Assembly: GCF_009914755.1 (NCBI RefSeq) | Contig: NC_060932.1 | Length of the DNA: 64,000 nucleotides | Strand: one strand, 5' to 3' | From: the human T2T-CHM13v2.0 reference genome, Homo sapiens | Shown here: positions 1 to 14,957 of the stretch, in pieces | Position numbering within the stretch: position 1 is the stretch's first letter | Layout: every line of letters starts with the position of its first letter | Notes under the pieces: generated by a model | Database searches by the model: none | What the model was told of the DNA's origin: nothing | Seen by the model: the letters and a program-made list of their open reading frames with translations, nothing else | Made by a program: the position numbers and the translations under genes

Positions 1-745
1 CAAATAAAACCACAATGACATATTACCTCACACTTGTGAGAATAGCTATAATAAAAAAGACAAAAGATAACAACTGTTAACAAGAATCTGGAGTAAAAGG
101 AATCCTGGTGCACTGTTGGTAGCAATGTAATTCAGTACAGCCATTAAGGAAAATGGTATGGAAGTTCCTCAAAAAATTAAAAATGGAACTATCATATGAT
201 CTAGCTATCCTACTTCTGGGTATGCATTCAAAGGAATTGAAATAAGGATTTGTAAGATACATCTGAACTCCCATGTGCATTTCAGAATTATTCACAATAG
301 CCAAGATATGGAATTAATGTAAGTATATATCAGCAAATGAATGAAGAAAATATGGTATGTATACACAAGGGAATACTATTCAGCCATTAAAAATAGTAAA
401 AAAACTGTGATTTGCAACAACAGGGATGAACCTGGAGGACATTATGTTAAGTGAAATAAGCCAGGCACAGAAAGACAAATACTGCATAATCTCACTTATA
501 TGTGGAATGCAAAAAGGTCGAACTCATAGAAACAGAGAGTTGAATGTTGGTTACCAAAAGTTGGAGGTGAGGGGCTTTGGGAGATGTTGGTCAATCGATA
601 CAACATTTCAGTTAGACCAGAGGAATAGTTTCAAGGGATCTATTGTACAACATGGTGACTACAGTTCAAAACAACATATTGTGTGCTTGGAAATTGATAA
701 GAAAGAAGATTTCAAGTGTTCTCATCACACACACACACACACAAA
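1..745 (+). mobile_element. Old L1 (L1MA/MB-like) ORF2 3' end and 3' UTR fragment, truncated at window start
   Basis: L1 ORF2 C-terminal remnants (ORF 426-755 MNLEDIMLSEISQAQKDKYC), typical L1M 3' UTR text, ends in a (CA)n/A-rich tail. Confidence 0.85.
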
Positions 746-1435
746 CAAGTTATAAATAAATAACTCCTGCTCCCTTGGAAATCAGTGAACTTTTATTTGA
801 TAAAATGTACTTTATATTTTGGTTGCCCTATTTCTTGATCATTTTTAAAACATGCGACAATTCAGGGGGTACTTTAAATAATGTCGATGACTTCTATGAT
901 TGGTGACAAAGCTTCTCTCAGGATTGTAAAAACAGCCTTTATTCCTATTGTATGTCTGTGTAAAAAACAACAAGTAATGACAGCATGAGGTGATTTCATT
1001 GTCACTAAGGTAACAATACCAGATACATTGAAAAGCATTGTTGGAACCAATTAAGTAAAGAGTGTATAATGCTTTAATTTTTCCAATCAATGTTTTACTT
1101 GGAAAAAGAATATAAAACAAACCAGAACAATAAAACAATTTTTTACCTTTCCCAAAATGTCACCAGCCTGGTTAGTTTCCAAAAGAGACTCACAAAATCA
1201 GAATTTTGCCAGGTGCAATACTGAAGGGCAATGGTGAGAACATCAATCCTTTGATGGCTCATTTTAATGTTAAGATATTTCAATAATTCTACAATGTATG
1301 AACATACTGGACAAAAGCACCTCTTCTAGATTTCTCCTCTATTCCAGTGCAAAAACCAGCTTGAGCATCTCCAGTGCACATGGCTGAACTGAAGTCTCTC
1401 CAACTTTATAGGATCTTAAGTAAAAGAATTTTGCT

Positions 1436-1803
<368 letters not shown>

Positions 1804-3127
1804 TTACACCTTGAGATTTTTCTTGCATAACAAAAATCTACTATTGGCAAGACATTTTATAAATAAAGACACGGTGGCCTTGGTGTCCCACCACATTTAT
1901 GCAAGCGAAGCTATAATCCAGTCTTCATCATCATCCTTCTCTTCAATATAAACTGAAATAGGTTCTGTAAAAAATATAAGAAATAATGATAAAATAAAAC
2001 ATTTGATTCAAGTGATATTTTGAAACTCTATATTACACGGCTTAAGGCTTTTAACAATTTGATAAATGTCATAGAAACAAGTAATTTGGCTGTCAATTAA
2101 GTAAATTATACGATATTCAAGAAATTTGTAAGACAAGTGAAATAAGACAAGTTTTTTTTCAATTTGTTCATTTTTTAGCACTTTTTATTACTTTAAACCT
2201 CAGGTAGACACAAGGTTTCAGCAGGAGTTCAGAAGCCATGCCCTTCTAGGAGTGTGAATAGTTTTGAGCGTGGAATTTCATGGCGTTTTGTGTCTATGCC
2301 TTACTACAAATAATCATTCTCATTTCTGATATTCACAGTTTTCACACAGTTATTTTTAAAATACACACTATATTCATGAAGGAGTAATCACAAATACCCA
2401 TTTTACAACACACCAGGTACAAAAAAGGAATTTAAAGGAAATAAATAAGTAAATGAAAGAAACATTGACACTCACAGAAGGTACCAAACTTTGTAAAACC
2501 TTTGTTATGGCACAACATGTTAGCAATAATGAATGACTTTAACACACTTGAGCAATTGTCTCAACAGTCAAATATGTTTGACATTACCTGGGCTATGTAA
2601 CTCCATGAAAATTTGCCAGTGGAGAGTTAATGATTTTTATTTGAACCATCCCATATTTGCACCCTTAAGCAATTAGAAACCTTTCATCTCCTTCCAGGCA
2701 TTAAGCAACAAGGTTACATTGTTTGTTGTCTTCCTTGCTTTAGTATTTTCCGTCTAGCATTTATTAGTTTTGAACATGCTATGTATTTCACTAATTTTTG
2801 TATTTATTGTCTATCTCCACCAAGAATGTAAGCTCCACGAGGACAGAGATTTTTCTTAATCACTGCCATTTTCTTAATGCCTACAATACTGAATATATGT
2901 TAAAGGCAAACTATTGTTTTCCAAGTACCTAATTTTGTTCACCATCTTTCACTAATAGGTCTGGTTTTGAAATTAGGCCCGAGTTGAGTGATACATTCAC
3001 AATTAAATTCCTTATTCCCTCTAGTTCTGCAAGAATTTCTATCAATCCCTTATCATTTTCTTATTGCTTTTAGGTCAAGGGACCAATAAGTTTAAAAACA
3101 GTCTCTTTTTTCACCATATGGGCCAGT

Positions 3128-3282
3128 AGAACAGACTACATAATTTGTGAGGTCTCATGCAAAATGAAAAGGGGAAGTCCCTTGCTCAAAAAATATTAAG
3201 GATCCCAAGATGACAGCAGAGTATTAAACCGAGTATGGGCCCTATGAGATTGCACAGGTCACACTCACTATCCTGGCCCTTT
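3128..3282 (-). mobile_element. MER91A-like hAT MITE
   Basis: Resembles the recalled MER91A reverse complement (CTACATAATTTG...TGCAAAATGAAAA...TGCACAGGTCACAC...GGCCCT). Confidence 0.65.
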
Positions 3283-4509
3283 AGGCAGGGTTTTGTTAGA
3301 GCTAGATTTTTGAAAACCTGCAAAAGAAACGCGGGCTTTAATGATCAGGATTCTACTTTCATGTTTTCTCATGTCCATGATGAATCTATGTTGCAAAGGT
3401 TTGAAGATTGTAAAAATGAACACAAATTAAATCATAAATTACATCAACTACATAACTGCTTTTTCTGGATCCAAGTTGACATTTTGGTTATATGAATCTC
3501 CATCTAGTTACAATTATTTATTGGGACATTATCCCATCCAATTATTTTAATAATTGAAGACCAAAATTCTCACTGGTGTGATCTTTTTTAGGACATTTAT
3601 TTATCATATAAATAAGCACTACTTAAAGGGAAAAATCAGTTAAAGATGCTCATTCATTCCACAAAAATTTATTAAAAATTTATATATGCAAATTATGGGG
3701 CTTTTTTTTTAGGCATTATAAGACAAGAAAGAAGGCTAATTTACCAGAAATCAACTTTCCTGAAGCTAATTGGTCCAATGATCATTTTGCTGAATGACTA
3801 ATGTGCTAAATTTGCCAACTTAGATGACTGTAGTTTAATAGTATTTACTAGCTTTAATATGATTGTTTAATGTGAGTGACTAATGGTGATACATACAGAA
3901 AAACATTATATATATGTATAATATTGAATACATATGTACGTATATAATATGTATACCTAATACATACTTTATATATATTTTACTTATTCTAAGAAGACTA
4001 AGTGTGAAAGAAAGTGAAGCTATCTGAAAGAAACTAGTATAATAAACCATGCAATTAGTATGTGTTAAGTAGAAAAATAAAATAGGACACAATAGAAGTA
4101 ACCAAATTATATTTTGGATGTTGCATGCCATTTGCTGGTTGATATACTATCTAAAAATTTGGTGAAAAAAATCTTTTAAAAGTTTGGCAAAACAGAAGTC
4201 AACATAAAAAATTTGAAGCACTTTATTGATACACTCAATACTTAAGAAAGTTTTCCTCTTTGTTATAAATTATATGAATTGTATCTGCAGGGAAGTCTGC
4301 CTAATTTAATGGTTTCTCATTAAAAATTACAACTTCAGTTTATAATATGGTAAGGATTCCCAACCCCCAGGCCGTGGACTGTTACCGTGGCGAAGTATAT
4401 ACTGTTACATACTTTACCTTTATAGGCACAATTTTCAGTAGCTGATGACATGGAGAGGGATTCCAAAAATTTATGAGATGAATATAACTAGATAGCAAAA
4501 TTATTTACT

Positions 4510-4763
4510 TTTCTTTTTCAGTTCTTTTTTTCTTTCTTTCTTTTTTGGACACAAAGTCAGTCTCTGTCTCCCAAGCTGAAGTGCAGTGGCGCCATCATGG
4601 CTCAGTGCAGCTTCGACCTCTGGGACTCAAGTGATCTGCTCACCTCAGCCTCTTGAGTTTCTGGGACTACAGGAATGCACCACCATGCATGACTAATTTT
4701 TAAAAATTATTTACTTTTTAAATTTTTTATAGAGATGGGGGTCTCGCCTTGTTGCCCAGACTG
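4510..4763 (-). mobile_element. AluJ-type element, 5' truncated
   Basis: Poly-T tail, right arm and part of left arm; flanked by AAAATTATTT on both sides. Confidence 0.85.
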
Positions 4764-4873
4764 AAAATTATTTTCTTAACCCCACTAGACAGATATAAAC
4801 TCCTCAAGAATAAGGGCCTAACTTCACTTATTTTAGGATTCTTTCTTCTATTTCTTCTCTCTTCTTTCCCAAC

Positions 4874-5067
4874 TAGAGTTGTCAGATTTAGTAAATAAAA
4901 TTATGGAAAGCTGAGTTAAATTTGGATTTCAGATAAACTCTGAACAATTTTTAGCATATGTATGTTCTAAATCTTGCTTGGAAATACTTAAAACTGGAAA
5001 AAATAATTTGTTGCTTATTTTAATTTCAAATTTACCTGGGTGGCCTGTATTTTATCTGTCAACCTTA
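4874..5067. mobile_element. MER53 palindromic MITE
   Basis: Ends TAGAGTTGTCAGAT...ATCTGTCAACCTTA are inverted repeats; interior matches recalled MER53 (AGTTAAATTTGGATTTCAGATAAAC / TTCAAATTTACCTGGG). Confidence 0.8.
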
Positions 5068-5483
5068 CTCCCAACCTCTACCTTTCCTCCATCCCCCAGC
5101 AAGTACTTAGAACAGACCCTGGAACACAGATGGCCTTGTATGATAGATGAATGAGTAGGTGGACAGTGACCTTGAACAAGGAGTTTACTAAAACAGGCAA
5201 CTCTTTCAAGAAGTTTAATAACAAGTAAACTAGAGAGTTTGCCTCAATTAAGAAGAAAAGAAAGGATTTTTGGTTTGTGTTTAGTTTTTTAGTAATGAAT
5301 ACTGTATATCTTTCTAGGAAAAGAGGAGAAAGGGGAAAGTGAAGTAATTAGAAGTGAGATAAGGGGGATATTGTTAGAATAATAATCAGTAAGATGGGAA
5401 GAGAAGAGTTTTCACAAAGAGTTCAAAGAGGGGATTGACCATGTCATGGAAGAAAAATACTTCTTCCCGAAAGAGAGGAACAA

Positions 5484-5535
5484 AAGGAAAGGAAGGAGGG
5501 AAGGAAGGAAGGAAGGGAGGGAATGAAAGAAAGAG
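5484..5535 (+). repeat. Imperfect (GGAA)n polypurine tract
   Basis: AAGGAAAGGAAGGAGGGAAGGAAGGAAGGAAGGGAGGG seen directly. Confidence 0.85.
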
Positions 5536-5988
5536 AATTTAAAATTTTCTACTTATAAAAATTTTTAAACTAATAAAAAAGTGCAAAGGATCATACCTAC
5601 ACTTAAATTCAAACATTGTTTAAAATTTGCCAGATTTTTTTTCAGCAAAACCATTTTGAAGTAAATTCCAGACATAAAGACACTATGACCCCAAATACCT
5701 CATCATGCAATTCCATCACTTGAAAACACTCTTTGACTAAAGTATGATACCACTATTATACCTAATAAAATGAACGCTTCTATAATATCTTTCAATACTT
5801 GTTACTTAATCCATATTCACTTTCCCTAATTTGTTCTGCAAACGTCCTTCATAGCTTTATATTATTATTATTATTTTTTACAAACCAGGATCCAATAGAA
5901 GCTTATGCATTGCTATTTGGGTAATAATCTTTTAATATCTTTTAAAAACACATAACATTTTAAAATGTAGAAACTGCAAACTAGGTAG

Positions 5989-6354
<366 letters not shown>

Positions 6355-6859
6355 TGAGGTTAAGATATTAAGAACAGTGAGAGGATTTGGAATTAGCCCC
6401 TGGGGAGCATTCAGTGGTGAATAATAAACTGCCTTCTCCAGGGAGGTCAGAGAAACTTGCGTTTCATTCGTCTGCTATCTGGCATCCCAGAAACAGGTCA
6501 GCAGTGCTGGACCTCCCTCCATGCCAACAGTAAGCCTTCGCCCTAAGTCTACTGATTGTCAATTAAAGAGAGAGCACAATCTCATATGAATGTGAAGGGG
6601 TAAACACGCGTGGGGTTTGTGTATTAGGTGGTCTTATAGGCCCACCTGGGGAGGATTAATGACCAAGGCAGACAGGCAGATGAAAGTACGCGGGGAAAGA
6701 GAGAAAAGAAAAGAAAAGAAAAAAAACAAAAAGAAAATAGAGAAGGAGACCTAGGGAGACCTCAATGACCATTGATTCCTTTCGCCAAAAGGAGTAAGGC
6801 CCTTCCACCTATGGGGACAGCCTTGGGAAGGCAGCACCCAGGTTTGAGTGTGGAGGTTT

Positions 6860-7330
6860 GATTATCACGGACTGGCTCGGGGCCGGCTTGGTTCTCCCGC
6901 GAAGGTTCCAGGGTGTGTGTGTGTGTGTGTGTCCGCGCGCGCATGCAAATCCCAGAGGAGCAGCCCGACAGCAGGGGCGGGGCAGGCCACGGGAGGGCGG
7001 CCCAGTTCCCCAGCTCTCCCGGGACGAAGCGGGCCCGCCAGCGAGTCGCAGTCCCAGGAGCCGAGCTCCAGCACTAGAGCCAGCTGCGAGCGGAGGGCAC
7101 CAACTCCGCAGAACTGGCTTTTCAATGGGACACCTGTGGCTCCTGGGTATTTGGGGCCTCTGTGGGCTGCTCCTGTGTGCCGCGGATCCCAGCACAGGTA
7201 ACCCTTTGGGCACGCTAGGCAGGCAAGCAGGAGAGGCCCGCGTAGACACTACCCCTGCTCCCGGGGTCCTGGGAGAGGCAGGACCACCTGGCACCTGGCT
7301 GAGGCTGTGGGTGCGGTTGCATGACGATCC
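6860..7330 (+). promoter_or_regulatory. PKHD1L1: CpG-rich TATA-less promoter / first-exon region of PKHD1L1
   Basis: The only CpG-dense non-repeat stretch in an AT-rich window; GC box GGGGCGGGGC 6974-6983, octamer ATGCAAAT 6943-6950, (GT)10 6913-6932; surrounds the start codon at 7125. The TSS cannot be fixed from sequence. Confidence 0.85.
7125..7197 (+). CDS. PKHD1L1: PKHD1L1 exon 1 coding part (73 nt), signal peptide MGHLWLLGIWGLCGLLLCAADPST
   Basis: ATG 7125, hydrophobic signal peptide, donor CAG|GTAACC; matches recalled fibrocystin-L N-terminus. Confidence 0.97.
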
Positions 7331-9090
7331 TGGGGACCAGGGGAGCTGGATAGCAGGCCTAGCAAACAGAGACAGACGCAGAGAGAGAGAAACAGAGACA
7401 AGGACACAGAGAAAGAGATTGCGAGAGATTGCCTTTTAACTCATCAATGCTGCTACTTGAATGATGAAATCTCCCACCGGCACCCACAAAGTGACACAAG
7501 TAGACTGAAATTTGGCGGGGGAGTGGGGACTGGGAAGAGGCAACCTGAGTCCCTTTTCCTCCATTCTTCTTGGGTCGCTTTCCTCACAACAGAAAGGGCA
7601 ACAACCCCCAGTAGGACGGGGATGGGACTTCGTGGCAGGTGTCAGTCATTTCCAGGGGCAGCTGCCCTGTGTTTTCAAAGTAATACCCAGAAGAGGGCTG
7701 GGAAGAGACTGATAAGATAAGAAATTGGAGTTGTCTGTGGAGATAACAGGAGGATGAACCTGAGATAGGCGAGGAGCAGCACTGTCTGGAGATAGGATCC
7801 AGCTTCCCCGCTGGAGTTTCCTACTCTTGGGCTGCCCTGAGATATGAATGTGCGGGAATAAGAACACCTTGGAGCTCTTGGCAAAGACAGACCCGAGGTA
7901 CAGAGGCACTGGGTCTGGGGCCTCGGAACTGGTCTCCTTTATGTTGGAGAGCTTTTGCTACTATAGGTGAAGTCCACTCTAAACCTTTTTAAGACAGAAC
8001 TGAACAAGCCAATCATAATTCCCTTAGCCTTTTTATATACATCCATTTTGAGAAATTAATAATTTCTGTGGCCTTTCTTTGTATCATCCCTTAAATTTTT
8101 CTACCTACTGTGAAAATTTCTTTTAGGATTCCAGCAATTACTAGATCTGTACAGTGTAAGCAGAAAATAAACACCTCTATCCACTGTGTAGCTTTGAGTT
8201 GTTTTAAAGAATTATTTGCAATACTCCAAAGAAGCAGCTCACACAATCCTGTTTGCCCGGGCAGTTCCCTCTATCTAGAACTATCTTTATCTTTCTGACA
8301 ACTGGTCCAGTCTAATTCATATTTGTCCTTAAAAATGTGGAAGGGGCATGTCTTCTTTATAGAAGCCAGTGTGACACAAGCAGCGTGGGTGAAATGCTCC
8401 TTGAGGCACCCGTGGCCTCTATGCTCTCCTCTGTCTCTTGGTACTGTCTAACCTAAGCCTTTGGAAAGTTAGGACTGTTACACATTTATGTATCTCCAGG
8501 AAGCTAACACAGTTTGTTGAATGAATTAGTGACCTTTATATTAAGAACTCACTATCATCAGGAGGCTAGAAGAATCTCAGAAATTATCTTTCCTGAAGCC
8601 ACACTCCCTCACAGAAAATAATTTCTTCTCAAAACCAACATTTCTCTTTGTACCTGGTCTAGTCTTTCAAACTACCTAGCATTGCATTTCTTCTGTGCTC
8701 TTATAATGACCTATTTCTTCTTGGTGTCTGCTGTTAGGTGAGCTGTTAAGCATAGTTATAGATCTGCAGTTAGCAGAGCACTACATGAAATTAAGGATTT
8801 AATACGTGTTTTATAATATGATAGGTAAGTGATGAAAATGATCACGTGTTATTTTTGCTCTTGGTAGCACCTAAGATAGTGCTTTGCACAAAGCCAGTGG
8901 GTATTAACTAAGTTAATGACTCTGTCAAGTCATTGGCAGAGCCAAAAATAAAACCTGGGTGAATTTTACTTTCAATCCTGTAAACTTCATAATGTTTTCC
9001 TTGCAACCTTGTGGTATGTGTTACAAATTTTGATGACTGAAATGAAGAACTTGGTGATTTTTACCTCTACTGTATTTTAATATTTTTCAG

Positions 9091-9180
9091 ATGGCTCTCA
9101 AATAATCCCCAAAGTCACAGAAATAATACCTAAATATGGCAGTATAAATGGAGCAACAAGGCTGACTATAAGAGGGGAAG
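9091..9180 (+). CDS. PKHD1L1: PKHD1L1 exon 2 (90 nt): DGSQIIPKVTEIIPKYGSINGATRLTIRGE
   Basis: TTTTTCAG acceptor, AAG|GTATCG donor, phase 1-1; start of IPT/TIG 1 (PxxGSxxGxTxLTIxG). Confidence 0.97.
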
Positions 9181-10237
9181 GTATCGTTGCTTTTTTTTTT
9201 TTTTTTTTGCCAAGGTTGAGGTATTTTCAAGCCTATTTCATATTTAGAGCTTTATGGACAAACAAACAAACAAGCACCACTGGAGTTATTTCTTCACTTG
9301 GCCAGAATAGTAAAACTCTGTCCTCTTTGATAGCTAGTGAAATCCCCAAGAGTCTTTATCAACCTGATCATCTGAATTCTTATTATACTGACTTGCTTAA
9401 CATCAAGATCTGGATTAATGACTGAACTAAAAGGAATGCAATTAACCCAACTCAGCAATTATTTGCTTTATTCTTCATGAGTCTAATAACATTTAATTTA
9501 TTTTAAGATCAAATAAAACATTTTGTGGGTGTTGGGTAGAATGTTGATAAGAAAGTATAATAGAGAAATAATATGTTAATGAAAGAGGAAAGGCAATAGA
9601 AAACAAAACTTTAGATTCCTTCTCCTGCCACCCAACCTCAGGCTTCATAAAGGCATGAGTACCGTACATGGTTCCCCTTCTCCTTGCCTGGTCTTAGGAT
9701 GAAATGTAGAAGGCAATCAGTAAATATATTTAATGCACAGCTTTTCCTAGGTTTAAATAGAAATATGTGTTTCTTTCAGCCATAAGACCTTTGCAATATA
9801 AGTGATACCAGTATTCAGATACTTAGGAATTTTTGAACAATAAGAAACATTTAAAAATATTAGCAAAATCTATTATTTGGTCTTTAAGAAATGAAAAGTT
9901 TTCATAGCTAACAAAGATATTTAATTATTTTGTTATATAATGTAATGTCTTTTAATGTTTCTAATATTTCTGCAGAATTCAATCTCTCAATGATATGCTT
10001 AAAATGGTTTATACTTCTACATTATAAACAATATATTTTGGATTAAAGTGTTATTTTTTAGAGTTAAGACCCATGAACAATATAATTGTTAAAGATTATT
10101 TTATATTATTCATATATCTTTAACCATATGTTTCTTATATTGTAAATTGCTGATAAGATGGTATGCTTGAAAGTTACTGGGTTTTAAACAGAAATTTAAA
10201 TGCCGCGAGAGAAATGCTCAGATTAAGAAAGAAGAAG

Positions 10238-10606
<369 letters not shown>

Positions 10607-10939
10607 TTAAGCACATAGACCCAGATCATCCCTAGTTTGAAATAAAAAAACCAAAACATTCTATTCTTTGGAAAGGTATCCTTTTAAATCTAGCTAAAAT
10701 GTAGTCTTTTCTTTTGTGTGGACGTTCTGAGGCAATTAGCCTGAGGACTCTTAATTATAAAGCCCAGAGTGTCATTTGGTAAATTTCTACTTTTCTCATC
10801 CGTCCCAGTTTCTGAATGTGTTTGGCATTGCAGATACTTAACAATTCCCGATTTCTCTTACAGTCCCTTGCCTTAACTACATTTTATAGATGACTAAAAA
10901 CGTGTTCTCATATGTCTTTCTCAGAGGCTGAGTCTAAAT

Positions 10940-11655
<716 letters not shown>

Positions 11656-12144
11656 ATGCTATTTTAATGTAGGCTTTTGGGTGCCCATAATATATACAGA
11701 ATGATATCTACAAAATGATAATGAATTTGCAAAACACACCAGAGCTTCTATAGCTACATGAATGAACTTAATTTGGAGGGACTATATTCATGTACATCAC
11801 CAGGGTGTCTCTGATAGATTCTCTGTTTTTAGAATTGCATGCAGTACTTATTTATCAATTACACAAGAACTACTTCTAAATGGAATTGTAAATTCTAGAT
11901 GACTACCTATTGGCTTCATATTACTTTTTGAAATGTTTTATTTTTGTAAAAGTCATTATAAAACAGTAAAATATTATAGAAATACTTGACTTAGAAAGTG
12001 AGTTCTCTGAAATTCTACCCAGTAGAAAGATCTACTGTTAACATTTTCATGTATCCAAATGACTTTTGGCTATTTCCAAACATAGTATAGTATTGACTTG
12101 TAAACATTTGCCACAGCATTACTTTGTTTAAAAGGCTGTGGTTG

Positions 12145-12460
12145 GGCTGGGCACGTTGGTCCGTGCCTGTAATCCCAGTGCTTTGGGAAGCTAAGGCAGA
12201 AGGATCACTTGAGGCCAGGAGTTTGAGACTAGCCTGGGCAACCAGCCTGGGCAATATAGCAAGACCCTGTCTCTACAAATGAAACATTTAAAACATTAGT
12301 CCAGCATGATGGCCTGCCTGCCTGTAGTCCTAGCTACTTGGGAGGCTAAGGTGAGAGGATTCCTTGAGGCCAGGAGTTTAAGGCTGCAATGAGCTATGAT
12401 TGTACCACTGCATTCCAGCCTGGGTGATGGAGTGAAACCCTGCTTTAAAAACAAAATAAA
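12145..12460 (+). mobile_element. AluJ-type element
   Basis: Diverged Alu (GGATCACTTGAGGCCAGGAGTTTGAG), internal 13-nt duplication of AGCCTGGGCAA near 12229-12254. Confidence 0.9.
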
Positions 12461-12844
12461 ACCTCACAAGACTATGCTTCAGGAGATATAGATACATGAT
12501 TTTACTCTTATGATACCCAGGCCAAAGTGTTTTGAACAATGGCATGATTGTAGAAATTATTATACCTCCCTCTGAGATGACTAATTTGATTAAGAGCATT
12601 ATAATTTTGATAAGTTCTGGAGTGTTTGTAATTATATTGGCTTTGTTACTTTATAGTCATACCTTGTATTTCTCAATTGTTTTCTTTGATATTTATCATG
12701 TTGGTTTTTATTTTAAAAAATCAGTAAGATGGGAGAAATAACATTTTACTTTTGGCTCCTTTTTCTAGCTATTTCCCTTACAATTTCTGGCACACACATT
12801 TTTGTTGAAGTGTTGAATTATATACTTTTAATAATGTCACAGAA

Positions 12845-13020
12845 AGCATATGGACTTTGGTTCAGTCTGACTGGCTTTCAATTCACCTTTGCCATTTCAT
12901 ATCATGTGACTGGGGCAAGTTATTTCGCTGAGCCTTAGCTTACTCATCAGTAAAATGGACTATTAATTCCTACCTCTTGGGACTGTTGTGAATACTGAAA
13001 AGGATGATACACCTAAGGTA
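12845..13020 (+). mobile_element. MIR fragment
   Basis: MIR core TGTGACTGGGGCAAGTTATTT...CTGAGCCTTAGC...CATCAGTAAAATGG. Confidence 0.75.
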
Positions 13021-13527
13021 CCCATTATAAATAGTATAAATTCTATCCATTAGAGCTATTTTTGTTTGTATTATTCTTTGCATTTATGTTATAGGTCTGG
13101 TTTAAATCTTTAGGAGTTGTCTTCCATCCATCACGCTGTATCTTTCTTTCCCATTGTTTTGAATGCTACAACTTTTAAGTAGGTGAATACACTTTCAACA
13201 GTGCTTTTTTAACTAGAGAAAACAAAACAGCCTGCATTCTTCATGACAAGTGCTGGCTTTAATAACACTGACATTTTCCATGATAGCAGCCCAGGCGTTC
13301 CTTTTGGATTGCTGCTATCAGGAGACCCAGGTTTGCGTGCCTGGCAATTCCTGTCTCCAGTTTTTCTGCAAAATTAAAAAAAATACATCAACATGTCAGG
13401 AATTTCCATCCGAAGCCTCATCCTTTTCCATTTCCAGGGTACACTCAGCCTTTCCTGTAATCTTTGTGACTTGGAGTACTTCCAGAGGTGGTGTTTTTAT
13501 CTTCAATCATTTGTTTAGAATTACATA

Positions 13528-13820
13528 TTTTTTTTTTTTTGAGATGGAGTTTCACTCTTGTTGCCCAGGCTGGAGGGCAATGGCACGATCTCGACTCACT
13601 GCAACCTCCGCCTCCTGGGTTCAAGAATTCTCCTGCCTCAGCCTCCCAAGTAGCAGGGTTTACAGGCACCTGCCACTACCCCCGGCTAATTTTTTGTATA
13701 GTAGAGACAGGGTTTCACCATCTTGGCCAGGTTGGTCTCAAACTCCTGACTTCAGGTGATAACACCAGTCTTGGCCTCCCAAAGTACTGGGATTACAGGC
13801 GTGAGCCACCGCACCTGGCC
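13528..13820 (-). mobile_element. AluS (Sq/Sp-like), full length
   Basis: GAGTTTCACTCTTGTTGCCCAGG; TSD-like TAGAATTA on both sides. Confidence 0.92.
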
Positions 13821-14594
13821 TAGAATTATACTTTTAAGTTAAAATTTTTAAAAAGAAGACTCCTTTGTATTTCTTTTTAACTCTTTGGAATTAGTTTAAA
13901 AGTCAGAAATATTTATATACTTGTTTTTTCAGCAATATTAATAATAACATTTATGAATTATTGTGGATTTGGTTCATTATTTTCCCATAGATTTTACTTC
14001 TAGGACTTTTTCACATATGCTATATATATTTGACATTATAGTAACTCCTAAGCTGAAAATGATATCATCTTTTGTTGGCATTATTTTTCAGAATGGTTGT
14101 TGTCTTGAGAATGCTGAAGAACAGATCCATGTTACGTATCATTGACATGACATGTACCTGATAGGAAAATATATATATATATATATACATATCTCACATC
14201 TGGAACCACACCACAAGTAAAACTTTCCATTCTTTAGTTGGTTGCCAGGAGCTCTTCTGTGTGTTCCAAACTCAATGTGAACACCAAAGATAAGCAAAGT
14301 TGACAAAAGGGAAGAGTGGGTTTACACGTAACTTGCTTTGCAGTGTTTTCATGTCTTTTCACAGTCCCATTTTAGTAATAACTGCCTTTCTAGATTCAAA
14401 ATTGCAAAGTCAATGCAAATGTCTCTCACATGTGAAATTGGTATTTATATTGTACTTTAGTTTATGCCGGATGAGTTATTTGGTTAAGCTTAGAGGAATA
14501 AAATGATATTTATTAAAATCTCTACCCTTTATTGAGTTTCTGCTTACTTTTCCTACATACTAAAGAAAGAATAGCCTAGCAGCTAAGAACATAA

Positions 14595-14957
<363 letters not shown>

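Noticed and set aside
4350-4392. TCCCCAACCCCCAGGCCGTGGAC, resembling a MER1 terminus
   Set aside because: Too short (~40 bp) to call with confidence
5484-5535. GGAA tract as an EWS-FLI1-type microsatellite enhancer
   Set aside because: Only about four consecutive perfect GGAA units
6858-7439. 193-aa ORF and overlapping ORFs on both strands across the promoter
   Set aside because: Stop-poor GC-rich sequence; only 7125-7197 fits the spliced gene, and the rest is UTR/promoter or intron 1 read-through
13250-13823. 169-aa and 111-aa ORFs, plus similar ones at 1496, 5989, 10298, 14679, 34014, 38500, 53792, 55141 and 59596
   Set aside because: Translations of Alu sequence with typical Alu-derived peptides (e.g. 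[19 protein letters not shown]); no gene structure
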